Positions 1 to 9,362 of a DNA stretch of 17,866 nucleotides are shown here, piece by piece. Made by a program: the position numbers and the translations under genes. How positions within the stretch are numbered: position 1 is the first letter of the stretch; the number at the start of each line of letters is the position of its first letter. The stretch comes from Octopus sinensis (taxonomy: Eukaryota): the NCBI RefSeq assembly GCF_006345805.1, contig NW_021824634.1, positions 1-17,866 of the forward strand, in the 5' to 3' direction. The notes under the pieces were generated by a model. It searched no databases. It saw nothing but the letters and a program-made list of their open reading frames with translations, and was not told the origin of the DNA.

Positions 1-70
1 TCTATATGCATATATACATATGTGTGTGTGTATGTATACGCACACACACACGCACGCACACACACACATA
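1..70. repeat. Compound (TA)/(TG)/(CA) microsatellite
   Basis: Dinucleotide runs seen directly; they generate the HT-rich start of ORF 6..371. Confidence 0.9.
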
Positions 71-408
71 TGCAGTAACTACCCCGCGGGTGTTGATTAA
101 ATATGACATAGAGATACCTATTTTGATTAAGCATTATCTCAATTACCTATACGGGATTTTTAATCAGCCAGGGCAGCAATTCATAACATCAGTGAATGTT
201 TTATTCCCTTTTTCTATATCAGAGACGATGGATTCTGGTCTGAGCATGGAACTGGCTGTCAAGTGCGCACCATTGAAAATGCCCGAAAACTTGGAAATGC
301 ATTTGGCGCTCTCGTTGGTCTCTGCTGGGAGGAATTTTCGTCTCTCTCTCTCTGATATTTATTGTTTTTAAAACACGCAGTCCATGAGATACTATATATA
401 TATATATA

Positions 409-561
409 TGTCACTTAGCGGTTCGGCAAAAGAGACCGATAGAATAAGTACTGGGCTTACAAAGAATAAGTCCCGGGGTTGATTTGCTCGACTAAAGGCG
501 GTGCTCCAGCATGGCCGCAGTCAAATGACTGAAACAAGTAAAAGAGTAAAAGAGTAAAGAG

Positions 562-562
<1 letters not shown>
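409..562 (+). mobile_element. SINE-2 (CORE-type family), 3' fragment with (AAAGAGT)n-like tail
   Basis: Aligns with the 3' halves of the copies at 2628-3330 and 8803-9188; 492-540 is identical over 49 bp to 9688-9736; ends in GTAAAAGA repeats; flanked by (TA)n on both sides. Confidence 0.85.
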
Positions 563-607
<45 letters not shown>

Positions 608-625
608 GTGTGTGTGTGTGTGTAT
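563..625. repeat. (TA)n(TG)n microsatellite
   Basis: Seen directly. Confidence 0.95.
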
Positions 626-922
626 GGCACCCACAACAGTGACAGGCCGTAAAAAGAAATGTAAGGCTCCTTTCCATCCGTAAACTGTGGCGAAACCTTG
701 GGCAAGTGCTAGCAACCTTTGAGCCTCCCGTGGCAGAGATAAGGTGAAGACGTCAGCAGCAGGACATTGGATAACCGATAAGGTTAAAGAGTCTTAGACC
801 AACTGCTTGAAGGTTATTGCAGCTCGGTGTATGATCTGAACCATCAGACAAAGGTTGGGCACCAGCTAGCAAGCGAGTTGCTACAGATGGGCAGCCCCAT
901 CATCGACTATGCTGGTTGTACT

Positions 923-1115
923 ACGCCGGACGAAATGCGTAGCCGTATTTCGTCTGTCGTTACGTTCTGAGTTCAAATTCCACCGAGGTCGACTTTGCCT
1001 TTCATCCTTTCGGGGCCGATAAATTAAGTACCAGTTACACACTGGGGTCGATGTAATCGACTTAATCCGTTTGTCTGTCTTTGTTTGTCCCCTCTGTGTC
1101 TAGCCCCTTGAGGGC
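923..1115 (+). mobile_element. SINE-1, 5'-truncated copy
   Basis: Colinear with 12592-12839: B-box-like GAGTTCAAATTCC, GGGGTCGATGTAATCGAC hairpin, TAGCCCCTTG tail. Confidence 0.9.
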
Positions 1116-1230
1116 CCAGAGAGGCAGTCTGGTGGGAGGAAGATGACGCCTTCCTCACCATCGAAAGGCGTTTTATTTCTCTACTTATCTTTAAAATAGA
1201 GTCCACATGTTTTATGTCACAAATTCGACG

Positions 1231-1282
1231 GTGTGTGTGTGGTGTGTGTGTGTGTGTGTGTGTGCGTATGTGTGTGGTGTGT

Positions 1283-1330
<48 letters not shown>

Positions 1331-1338
1331 AGTGTGTG
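1231..1338. repeat. (TG)n microsatellite, interrupted
   Basis: Seen directly. Confidence 0.95.
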
Positions 1339-1569
1339 TACATATTGTACTTGGATATTAAATATTTTACATGTATATGTGTGTGTGCTTGGGTATGTGG
1401 CTGTCTGCAAGAAATTCCTAACATCAATATCATCGTCGTATTATAGCATAGAGATAACTATACATCAGTCTGTCTTTGTATGATATATATTTATTTCAAA
1501 TGTACTTCCAACTCAGACACACCTACGTAAACCAATGAGACAGCTTTTAAATGGTAACTGACCCTCTGA

Positions 1570-1830
1570 GTGAAGCAACCAAATCTCTCAACAATCTCTC
1601 TACTTATCTTTAAAATAAAGACCACATATTTTATGCCATAAATCTTAAAGCAGTATTCTTTCAATAAACGCAAGTTTACGATCCTGAAAGCCATAGAATA
1701 GTTCTTGAGCTGCTAGAAATAGTAGCCAAATCAAGAGTTTCAGTTCTAAATAAAAGATACATTGGGCAATATAATTTTTGATTTCCCAAAAAGACGAGAT
1801 GGGTACAATGAGCCTGATCGAAAGAAACAC
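1570..1830 (+). repeat. Degenerate family-4 repeat fragments
   Basis: CTGCTAGAAATAGTAGCCAAATC, CATTGGGCAATATAAT and AAAAAGACGAGATGG resemble 9420-9445, 9497-9510 and 9760-9775 in the same order. Confidence 0.45.
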
Positions 1831-1938
1831 ATGGCCGAAAGCATCGCAAGCACCACCATTTCATCTCTTAATTAGCCATGCGTATCTAAGTCTACATTAT
1901 TCCAAGTGGCCTTGTTCTTTTTTATGGTAAGCAATGGG

Positions 1939-2106
1939 CTGTAACGTAGCTGGGATGATGAGGAGAGCGGTCCACCTCGGGCGACGATTTTATGAGGCCG
2001 GCACTTTGGAGTTGGCTCTAGAAGCCTATATAGTCTTGTAAGGGTCGGGGCGGCGACAAACTCAAGGGCTACTCCGAACAGTTCAGGCTCTAGGTATGTG
2101 TTATTG
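1939..2106. mobile_element. Decayed hAT-like MITE (168 bp)
   Basis: 8-bp flanking direct repeat GCAATGGG (1931-1938) / ACAATGGG (2107-2114), 7/8 match; degenerate TIRs CTGTAACGTAGCTGG vs reverse complement CAATAAC[AC]ATACCTAG. An 8-bp TSD is the hAT hallmark. Confidence 0.5.
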
Positions 2107-2797
2107 ACAATGGGTGTGGTTTGAGGAAGATTGATTGACTATTTCTCACAGGTTAAGTGACTATATACAACTTCCTCCGCTGAAGTTTTTTGGCCTTTTG
2201 ACTAAGATCAAAGTGAAAAATATCCCTGTCGACACTTCTTTTACAGATATCAAACGGACAGAATATCACTCTATATATCAGCAGCCTTTCCTTGCTAGCC
2301 TCTCGAGTCCGAGAAAGACGATTGTATTGCATGGTCAACATCTGTGGATGTTGATGTAATTTCTTAGCTTGAAGTCAGAAACACAGATAGGGCTGTAGAT
2401 CTGGCAAGGAACATCACTGACTCCTTTCAGCGTCTCTCATGGCTCGCCCTGAGATGCTACATGTGCCAGTTGGTTTGCGAGTTGTTTGCGAGTTGTTTGC
2501 ATAGGTTGCAATACTTGGTCTAGTCAGTGACAATACGCTCAACGGGGCCGGAGCTCGGTCCACTTCAAATGTTGTAGAACACTACATCTCTTCATCAGAT
2601 TAAAATATTTTTTTAAAAAATTATTAAGCAAGCATGGCGGTGTGGTTAAAAAGATCACCTTACAATCGTGTAATTTCGGGTTCTGTCCCAATGTCCTGCA
2701 CCTCGGGCAATTGTCTTCTACTGCAGATCTGGGCTGACCAATATCTAGTGAGTGAATTTGGTTGAGTGAAACTGTGTGGAAGCTCGTCTTATATATA

Positions 2798-3007
2798 CAA
2801 AGGGGTGCTGAAAAGCTCCTGACTTTGTGTAAAAGAAAATACAGGAGGAAAATACAGTAAATTATGATTTTATTGAACATATTCCCCTCTCAGATTCAAG
2901 CAGTCCTTCAGTTTTTCTAAACCCTGTAAAAGAACTTGGAAGGTTGAGTCTCCAGCTAGGCCTTTCGCGATACCCTTAAAGCCAGGAACTTTTCAGCACA
3001 CACCTCC
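2798..3007 (-). mobile_element. Mariner-derived MITE / internal deletion derivative
   Basis: TIRs AGGGGTGCTGAAAAGCTCCTGACTTT (left) and AAAGCCAGGAACTTTTCAGCACACACCT (right); TA at 2796-2797; minus strand 2929-2870 reads LQGLEKLKDCLNLRGEYVQ*, resembling the mariner transposase C-terminus (GIxKLxxRWxKCxxxxGxYVE*). Confidence 0.8.
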
Positions 3008-3008
3008 A

Positions 3009-3103
3009 TGTGTGTGTGTGGTGTGTGTGTGTGTGTGTGGTGTGTGTGTGTGCGTGCGTACGCGTGTGTGACTCTGTGTGTGTGTGTGTGTCTTTTTGTG
3101 TGC
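3009..3103. repeat. (TG)n microsatellite internal to SINE-2
   Basis: Seen directly; a short TG tract lies at the same position in the 8803-9188 copy. Confidence 0.9.
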
Positions 3104-3824
3104 ATGTTTCTTCGCGTATGTTTATGTCGCCTTACCACACAACAACCGATGTTAACTTGTTTACGTCCCTGTACAATAGCGGTTCACTAAAAGAGTTCGA
3201 TTGAATAAGTACCTGACTTCAAAAAATGGAAAAAGAAAATTAAATCCTGGGGTCGATTTGTTCGACTAAAACCCTTCAAGGTGGTGCCACAGTATGGCCA
3301 GAGTCCAATCAAGTAAAATATAGAAAAATAATTCGGCATTTGTCACTAAGAAAATACTTTAATTATGTCTGCCATCTTTTATTTCTCTTGTGTGTGAAAT
3401 AAATAAATAGTTTGTCACATTATTTCACATATTTTATGCATTGTTTATATTTTATTCAATTCTTTCATTACAATCTTTTTAATTACTCGAGTTTTTTTTA
3501 AAAATATGTTATGTAATATTTGTATTGTCTTTTCATTTTTGACTAAGCAAGTTTGATTTATATTATGAAAAAAAAGTCCTCGAGTATTACCAGCACTCAA
3601 TCACTCCCTCACCCGCTCTCCTTGTGTGTGTGTGTGTGTTTACAAGTGAAATGGTGTGTGTGAATTATTAATGAAGCTGATCACTAATATTTTAATTAAA
3701 TATAGTTCATTAATAAAACGTATGATGTAGAGATTAATGTGGTGCAAAATATAGAGAATGTTCATTCAAAAGCCACATGTGATTAGTACATACATATAGT
3801 CCTTCCTCATATATGTACGTGTGA

Positions 3825-3825
<1 letters not shown>

Positions 3826-3911
<86 letters not shown>

Positions 3912-3914
3912 TGT
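3826..3914. repeat. (TG)n microsatellite, nearly perfect
   Basis: Seen directly. Confidence 0.97.
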
Positions 3915-4162
3915 ACGTTGACTGTAAAGAACAAGAGAATTTTTTTTCATATTTATGTTTAGTCAAATACAAAATCAGAAACATGCGCTCTTAAACAAGT
4001 CGACAAACCAAAATCACGTACGAAATTCGAGATAGCCGATGAAAATTAGTTGCGAAACGTGCAGAATGGTGGTGGTAAAGGTGGTGATAAGCTCTTTTAA
4101 GATACGAGTTCAATTCTTGGTTGAGGTTATTTCATTTTAAATTACTTTCAATTAATATATTC

Positions 4163-4377
4163 TTTTCTACTCTAGGCACATGGCCCGAAATTATGGAGGA
4201 GAGGACCAATCAATTGTATCGACCCCAATACGCACCTGGTACTTAAATTTATCTATCCTGAAAAGACGAAAAGCAAAGTCGACCTCGGTGGAATTTGAAC
4301 TCAGAACGTAGCGGCAGACGAAATACCGTTAAGCATTTCGCCCGGCGTGCTAACGTTTCTGCCAGCTCACCGCCTTC
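4163..4377 (-). mobile_element. SINE-1, full-length, alternative 3' tail (tail-2)
   Basis: Head reverse complement matches 12592-12680; tail ...GGGCCATGTGCCTAGAGTAGAAAAG differs from tail-1; decayed TSD TTCAATTAATATATTC (4147-4162) / TTCAATTCACATATTC (4378-4393), 14/16. Confidence 0.85.
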
Positions 4378-4396
4378 TTCAATTCACATATTCTGT

Positions 4397-4595
4397 TCCA
4401 CAAGGCCCGAAATTTTGGGGGAGTGGGGCAGTCGATTAGATCGACCCCAGTACGCAACTGGTACTTAATTTATCAACCCCGAAAAGCAAAGTCGACGTCG
4501 GCGGAATTTGAACTCAGAACGTAAAGGTAAACGAAATACCAATTTCTTTATTGCCCACAGAGGGCCAAACACAGAAATGGACAAAACAACTGATT
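4397..4595 (-). mobile_element. SINE-1 composite remnant: tail-1 fragment joined to body plus tail-2
   Basis: 4397-4540 is body plus tail-2; 4541-4595 matches tail-1 (reverse complement of GGGCAATAAAGAAAT). Confidence 0.75.
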
Positions 4596-4599
4596 GGGA

Positions 4600-6545
4600 T
4601 CAGTAATACGTTATGATTTTACATAAAATATGAATATAAACGTTATATAAAATATTTAAAAAATCGAATGAAATTAACAATACACAGACAACACAAATGT
4701 ACCGATGATCAGACCACGCTCCGACCCCACACGCCCCGATCTATCGCTTGGTACCTTTTTTAGTTCTTCTTTTATTTCCTGTTCACACGGTTCCTTGCAC
4801 GCACAAAACTCGTGCAACATGCTCCCATCTCTTTTTGAACATACTCTCCGACAGACACCTCTTCTCCAGCCACACCTTCCTTTTCAACTGAAAAGTAAAA
4901 AATGATCGTAAATCGTGAGCGGAGATAAAGTTGCCTGTCTTAATCCCTTTTATCATGGTCTTCCATACTGCCTCTTTCACTATTGCTTCAACCGTGAGAA
5001 AACAATTCGTACCTTTGTTAAAACTTCCGGCGGGTCAATTTTTATAATTGACTCAGTCGACAGCCGTACTCTTCCTTCGCTGGACAACAGGTGTTCAGCA
5101 TAAACCCACATTTCAGATATCTCCGGACACTGAACAATAGCATGAGGGACGGCTTCCCTGTCTCCTCTGCATCTTGGGCAGGTCGGAGACTGACGCTTAC
5201 CATGTCTTGCGAGTTTATGCCAAACGATCAAGGCACCTCTGTCACATTGCCAGGTCAAGGACTTTTGGAAGTTGTCTAACGTTCGCAACCCGAATGTACG
5301 ATGGCACAGGCAGTCCAGTTGAATATACCTGAAACCTAGAGTCGCCCCCAGGCCATCGTCACATTCAGACTCTGCCAACCCACTATATAAAATTCGTGTG
5401 GACCCCCACCGCTGGCGTTGCTCGAGGGCCGGAATAGCAGGAGGGCCTTACGGCACTCTTTATGCCATTCACTCGACCTCGGTCTACGAAAACACCAGGT
5501 TTCCTGTTCACAAAAACTTTTGAACTCGGGGAACATTTGTCTGGCTAGCAGAGACCACACCCATTCGCAATCAAAGAGAATCCAGAGATGCCTCAACCTC
5601 AACGTATGCCTGCGCATCATTAACTAAGGCATCCCTAAACCTCCTTGATCAACCACGAATCTGGACAGGGCACGACGGTCAGGCGGTAGGTAATGACCGA
5701 TGCGATAAACACATTAGCCACCTCCGCCCTCCCTATCAGGGATAGCCACCGCCAAGACTAGGTCTTGACTACTGCAGCCACCCTGCTCGAAACCTCCGTC
5801 CAGTTCTTCTCTATCTGGAGGCCTGGTCCACACCAGACTCCCAGCAAGTTAACCGGTCCCTCTGTCCAGCGCTCAACAAAGCTGTCTGAAGGCATCGACT
5901 TGCCAACCCAAGTACCAAGCTGCAAGCCGACCGACTTTTCCCGGTTAATCTTTGCTCCTGCCACCGTCTCGTAAACCTCAATAGCTTTACCCACTTCACG
6001 TAGGCGTGATACTGTGATTACGCTGATAGTGATATCGTCTGCGTAAGCTGTAACAAACTCCTCTAAACCTAGTTCTCTCGGGATACCACTCAACCTTCGC
6101 AGTAGGGGCTCAAGAGTCACCACATACAAAAGTGGTGAGAGCGGACATCCTTGACGAACCGAGCGCCTGATGCAGAACGGCTTCGAAAGGAAACCGTTCA
6201 CCCGAACTATCAAGTCAATGTTGTGATACAAAGCAATAAACCACCTGAGGAAGCCAAGGCCTAGGCCGAACCGCGCAAGCACAGTCGCTAGGTATTGATT
6301 GTCAACCCTATCAGAAGTTTTAGACTGGTTTAGATGTACCAGTGCCCCAACGTTGGGTGCATAAATTGCAACCAGCCTGATTATCTTGTCACAACTGAAT
6401 ATCAGGTCGAGAACGACCAACTGGCCTTCTGGATTAAAAGAAACAACTTTTTCTCGGCTACCCGGTTTCTTTTTAGTATGACCAACACCCCACCCCCACC
6501 TCCCACCCGACTCGGAGAAACGTATTTCTCATAGCCGTTCAGGAG
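4600..6545 (-). mobile_element. L1/Tx1-clade non-LTR retrotransposon ORF2, decayed and internally deleted
   Basis: APE endonuclease fragments (GGVLVILKR; PEGQLVVLDL...IRLVAIYAPN); RT motifs (QSKTSDRVD, VRQGCPLSPLLY, YADD); C-terminal zinc-binding motif CPRC-x5-VPHAIVQC; stops and frameshifts. The 3' boundary between 4600 and 4780 is uncertain. Confidence 0.92.
5758..6420 (-). pseudogene. Reverse transcriptase ORF remnant of the LINE (EN fragment fused in frame to the RT core)
   Basis: ORF track 220 aa with QGCPLSP and YADD. It ends at a TAG where homology continues in frame (SWRWLSLIGRAEVANVFIASVI), so the stop is premature. Confidence 0.88.
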
Positions 6546-6555
6546 GGGGAGCAGA

Positions 6556-6695
6556 AAGTTGTGGTGAAAGTGTATGGCAGTGTTCGTCACCACCCCCTGC
6601 TGGAGCCTCATGGAGCTTTAGGTGTTTTCACTCAATAAATACTCACAACGACTGGTCTGGGAATCGAACAAGGACCTGATTACTGGAACCTGAGT
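6556..6695 (-). mobile_element. SINE-3 fragment (B-box and central domain)
   Basis: Reverse complement TTCGATTCCCAGACCAGTCGTTGTGAGTATTTATTGAGTGAAAACACCTAAAGCTCCATGAGGCTCCAGCAGGGG...TTTCACCAC aligns with 9578-9686. Confidence 0.8.
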
Positions 6696-6709
6696 GTGTT
6701 TTTCTCGAC

Positions 6710-8055
6710 ACTTGAAGCGATACACCGTAGAGTTTGTAGGCATCAAATCTGGCTTCGGTCTGAGCCTTTGAACAATTTGTATCAACCAGAAGTTTTAGAC
6801 GGAGTCGACGTCGTTGCTTAGCAGCTGCTCACCGGTTTTCAGAGGCTGGTTCGTTTCAATATATAGCAGTATCTACTTGATAATCAGAATAAATGACCAC
6901 GAATCGGAAATGTTTCGGGTCATACCCACGTCGTTAAAGATGTCATCTTTCATCAATTCTATATGAATTGATATTTGAATCGCTGTTGCGAATGGACATC
7001 TCATCCGAACTGGATCACAAGAAACCCGTTTCGGTATATGTAGACGAATTCACTGTAATGGTGTCTGACATAAGGAAAAGCAAGATTATTGGCACTAAAA
7101 GATTGTTGGTATTCTAAAGGAATACGAGGCGGTGACAGAGTAAAAGAGAAACTAGACAATTTGGTTGGTGAGTTTGTGGCTCAATACATGCAGGAGTAAA
7201 TTCCTAAAGACGACCACTGTCCAGACGAGCCGAACCGGCGAACCAGTCAAGTTGCTTTGTGTTAGGTTCGGTCTAGACTTAGGATGGATTGGAACCTGTA
7301 CGAGATTATGAGCAATCTGACCCAAAACAGAAGCTATCCCTGAAAATTCGTACAGAAGTGACTAATGCATACATCACCTTCGTTATACATTTGGCCCCAG
7401 CTTTCGACTGACTAGAATCTAACATTACTCTTTTGCTTCTGGGGGAACAGATGCATTTCACTAGTTAGCTGGTCTTTTTGCTGTCAGCATACGCTGCATA
7501 CAGGGTTCGATACTCCGTAGCTATTAAATCATCATTAGAAATTCCTAGACGTTGAGCTATTTTAGGCACGTTTGTCCACAGCTCATCTCTTTGGTGGAAC
7601 TGACGTCCTAGAACAAGGAAATGAACGTGTGACACCAGGAATATTGTCATGTACTCATTTCGCTGTATCAGTTGCGCAATGTGGCCAGTGGAAGCGAAAC
7701 TAGATTTCTGTAGAGGAATAGTGCTAGACTTAAGTGCCTACATTCTCGAGGAAGCTCAAGAAGTCAACGAAAATCAACTGGCCCATCTGTTCCGGAAGAC
7801 TTTCGGCTCGGGGATTATGAATAACACCCAGATATTCCTCGTTTAGCAGTGCTACTAGATGGTATTACCAGTTCGAAATGAATTGTACAAACGCAGAAGT
7901 ACCGTCAACAAGGCCTTTACGAGATGCACCTCAAGATGCGATTCTAATCTCTACTCTGTCGTCCGGTGTTCGGGCATTGCTGAAGTAGCTTTTTGCTGAA
8001 AAGTCGCTGTTGTATGTAGGAAGAATATGGTTATCCACCATAATGATGGCACTAC
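6710..8055 (+). mobile_element. Older, heavily decayed L1/Tx1-clade LINE ORF2 fragment (RT to zinc finger)
   Basis: Piecewise translations: PVFRGWFVSIYSSIYLIIRINDHESEMF (from 6832), CHLSSILYELIFESLLR, SVYVDEFTVMVSD (YVDE 7037-7048), GEPVKLLCVRFGLDL, KLSLKIRTEVTNAYI (from 7331), QLAHLFRKTFG...LV*QCY*MVLPVRNEL. All are colinear with the minus-strand copy. Confidence 0.85.
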
Positions 8056-8802
8056 CCTTACATGCTTTCTGTTAGTTTAAAATACTTAGCTTTGACACTA
8101 AATTAGGCCCAAGAAAAAACAAAAGACATTGAGAACCCAGTAGATTTTGAATCAGTTCATGAAGGGAAAGTATAATGTTCAGTTAGACTTTGGGGATCAC
8201 GTGACATTATTTATTTAGGCTCACTGAAATAACTCGGAGTTTTGGGTGACAACTAGCTTACGTATTAATAGTTAATTTTATCTTGACACATCATCAACTT
8301 TTATAAGCATGTGCTTAATCTTCGGGTATATTGCTAGTATTTATTATAATAAATTTCAGAAATATAAAAGGTAAAATCGAACTCACTGTGAACACAGAGC
8401 ATAAAATGAAGAAACAAAATACGGCAAGGATTTAATTATGTACTCCAATATGTCTGCCAGTCCATTGCCATCTTATCAAGTGTAATTTAGCAAGTGTAAT
8501 TACCATTTTTTCAAAAACCAATATTTTATTTTCAATATTTCAATTTTAGATATAAATGTTTCATTACACAATTTAAAACAAAATCGGCCATAAAAAATTG
8601 TCCTGTTTTTCCCTCAAAAAATCTATAATGTTCGAAGATTAACAAGTATTATTTCTGCTTGTTCTAGTTTTCGTGATGCCGAGCAAGAAGTTCACGACCA
8701 GAGAATACAGACGACTCGGTTTCGGTTCCTGGTCAAAGTTAACTCATTTTACTGATGTTCCATTAGAGAATTTCTATGAAAGAAAAAGGTTCTGAATACA
8801 GT

Positions 8803-9188
8803 CATAGGCATAGCTGTGTGGTTAAGAAGCTTGACACTAATCACGTGGTTCCAGGTTCAGTTCCACTGCGCTGTAACTTGGCCAAATGTCTTCAAAAATT
8901 GCTACGGTTCAACCAATGCCTTGTGCATACATTTGGTAGACGGAAACTGTGTGAAAGCCCATCGAATGTGTGTGTGAGCATCTTTGTGTTTGGGTTGAAC
9001 CTCCCCACTACCGCTTAACAACCGGTGTTTATTTGCTTACGTCCTCATAACTTGTGGTTGGGTAAAGAGACTGATATAATAAGTATTAGATTTTAACAAA
9101 ATAAGTACTGGGGTCAAGGCAGTGTGCCAGCATGGCCGCAATCCAATGAATGATAAAAGTTTAAAAAAATAAAAAGTAAAAGAGAATA
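8803..9188 (+). mobile_element. SINE-2 (CORE-type), full-length diverged copy
   Basis: TAGCTGTGTGG A-box, GGTTCAGTTCCA B-box, CORE-like GTAACTTGGCCAAATGTCTTC, internal TG tract, 3' CCAGCATGGCCGCA, A-rich tail. Confidence 0.8.
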
Positions 9189-9362
9189 CAATGTTATTTT
9201 ACTTTGGTTTGGAATTGAAACCTTAAGCTTTTATAAGAAAATGCTTCTCTCTCAATATGCCGAACATTATTCAACACAAGTAAACTCCTTTGACACACTG
9301 GATGCATGACTGTTTTCATTCTCAGTTGTGGTTATTTCACTTCACATACCTCAATATCGTCC

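Larger units (their letters stand above)
2628..3330 (+). mobile_element. SINE-2 (CORE-type, OR1/OR2-like), full-length but diverged, interrupted by a mariner MITE in its internal microsatellite
   Basis: A-box-like TGGCGGTGTGG, B-box-like GGGTTCTGTCCCA, CORE-like CACCTCGGGCAATTGTCTTC; after the TG tract the 3' half matches 409-562 and 9010-9188. The OR1/OR2 label is from recall only. Confidence 0.75.

Noticed and set aside
2135-2560. Possible third LINE relic (TDSFQRLSWLALR resembling LDNFQKSLTW)
   Set aside because: One weak motif match with no supporting colinear motifs; needs a profile search.
457-3984. HT-rich and CV-rich ORFs (457-715, 1024-1483, 2956-3204, 3734-3984)
   Set aside because: Translations of (CA)/(TG) microsatellites.
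5758-6420. Domesticated or active reverse transcriptase gene
   Set aside because: Premature stop, downstream frameshifts, degenerate KAFD motif (KTSD), deleted endonuclease, no ATG start.
8345-8376. Possible 11-nt microexon (TTTCAG/AAATATAAAAG/GTAAAA)
   Set aside because: Weak polypyrimidine tract; such matches are expected by chance in AT-rich DNA.
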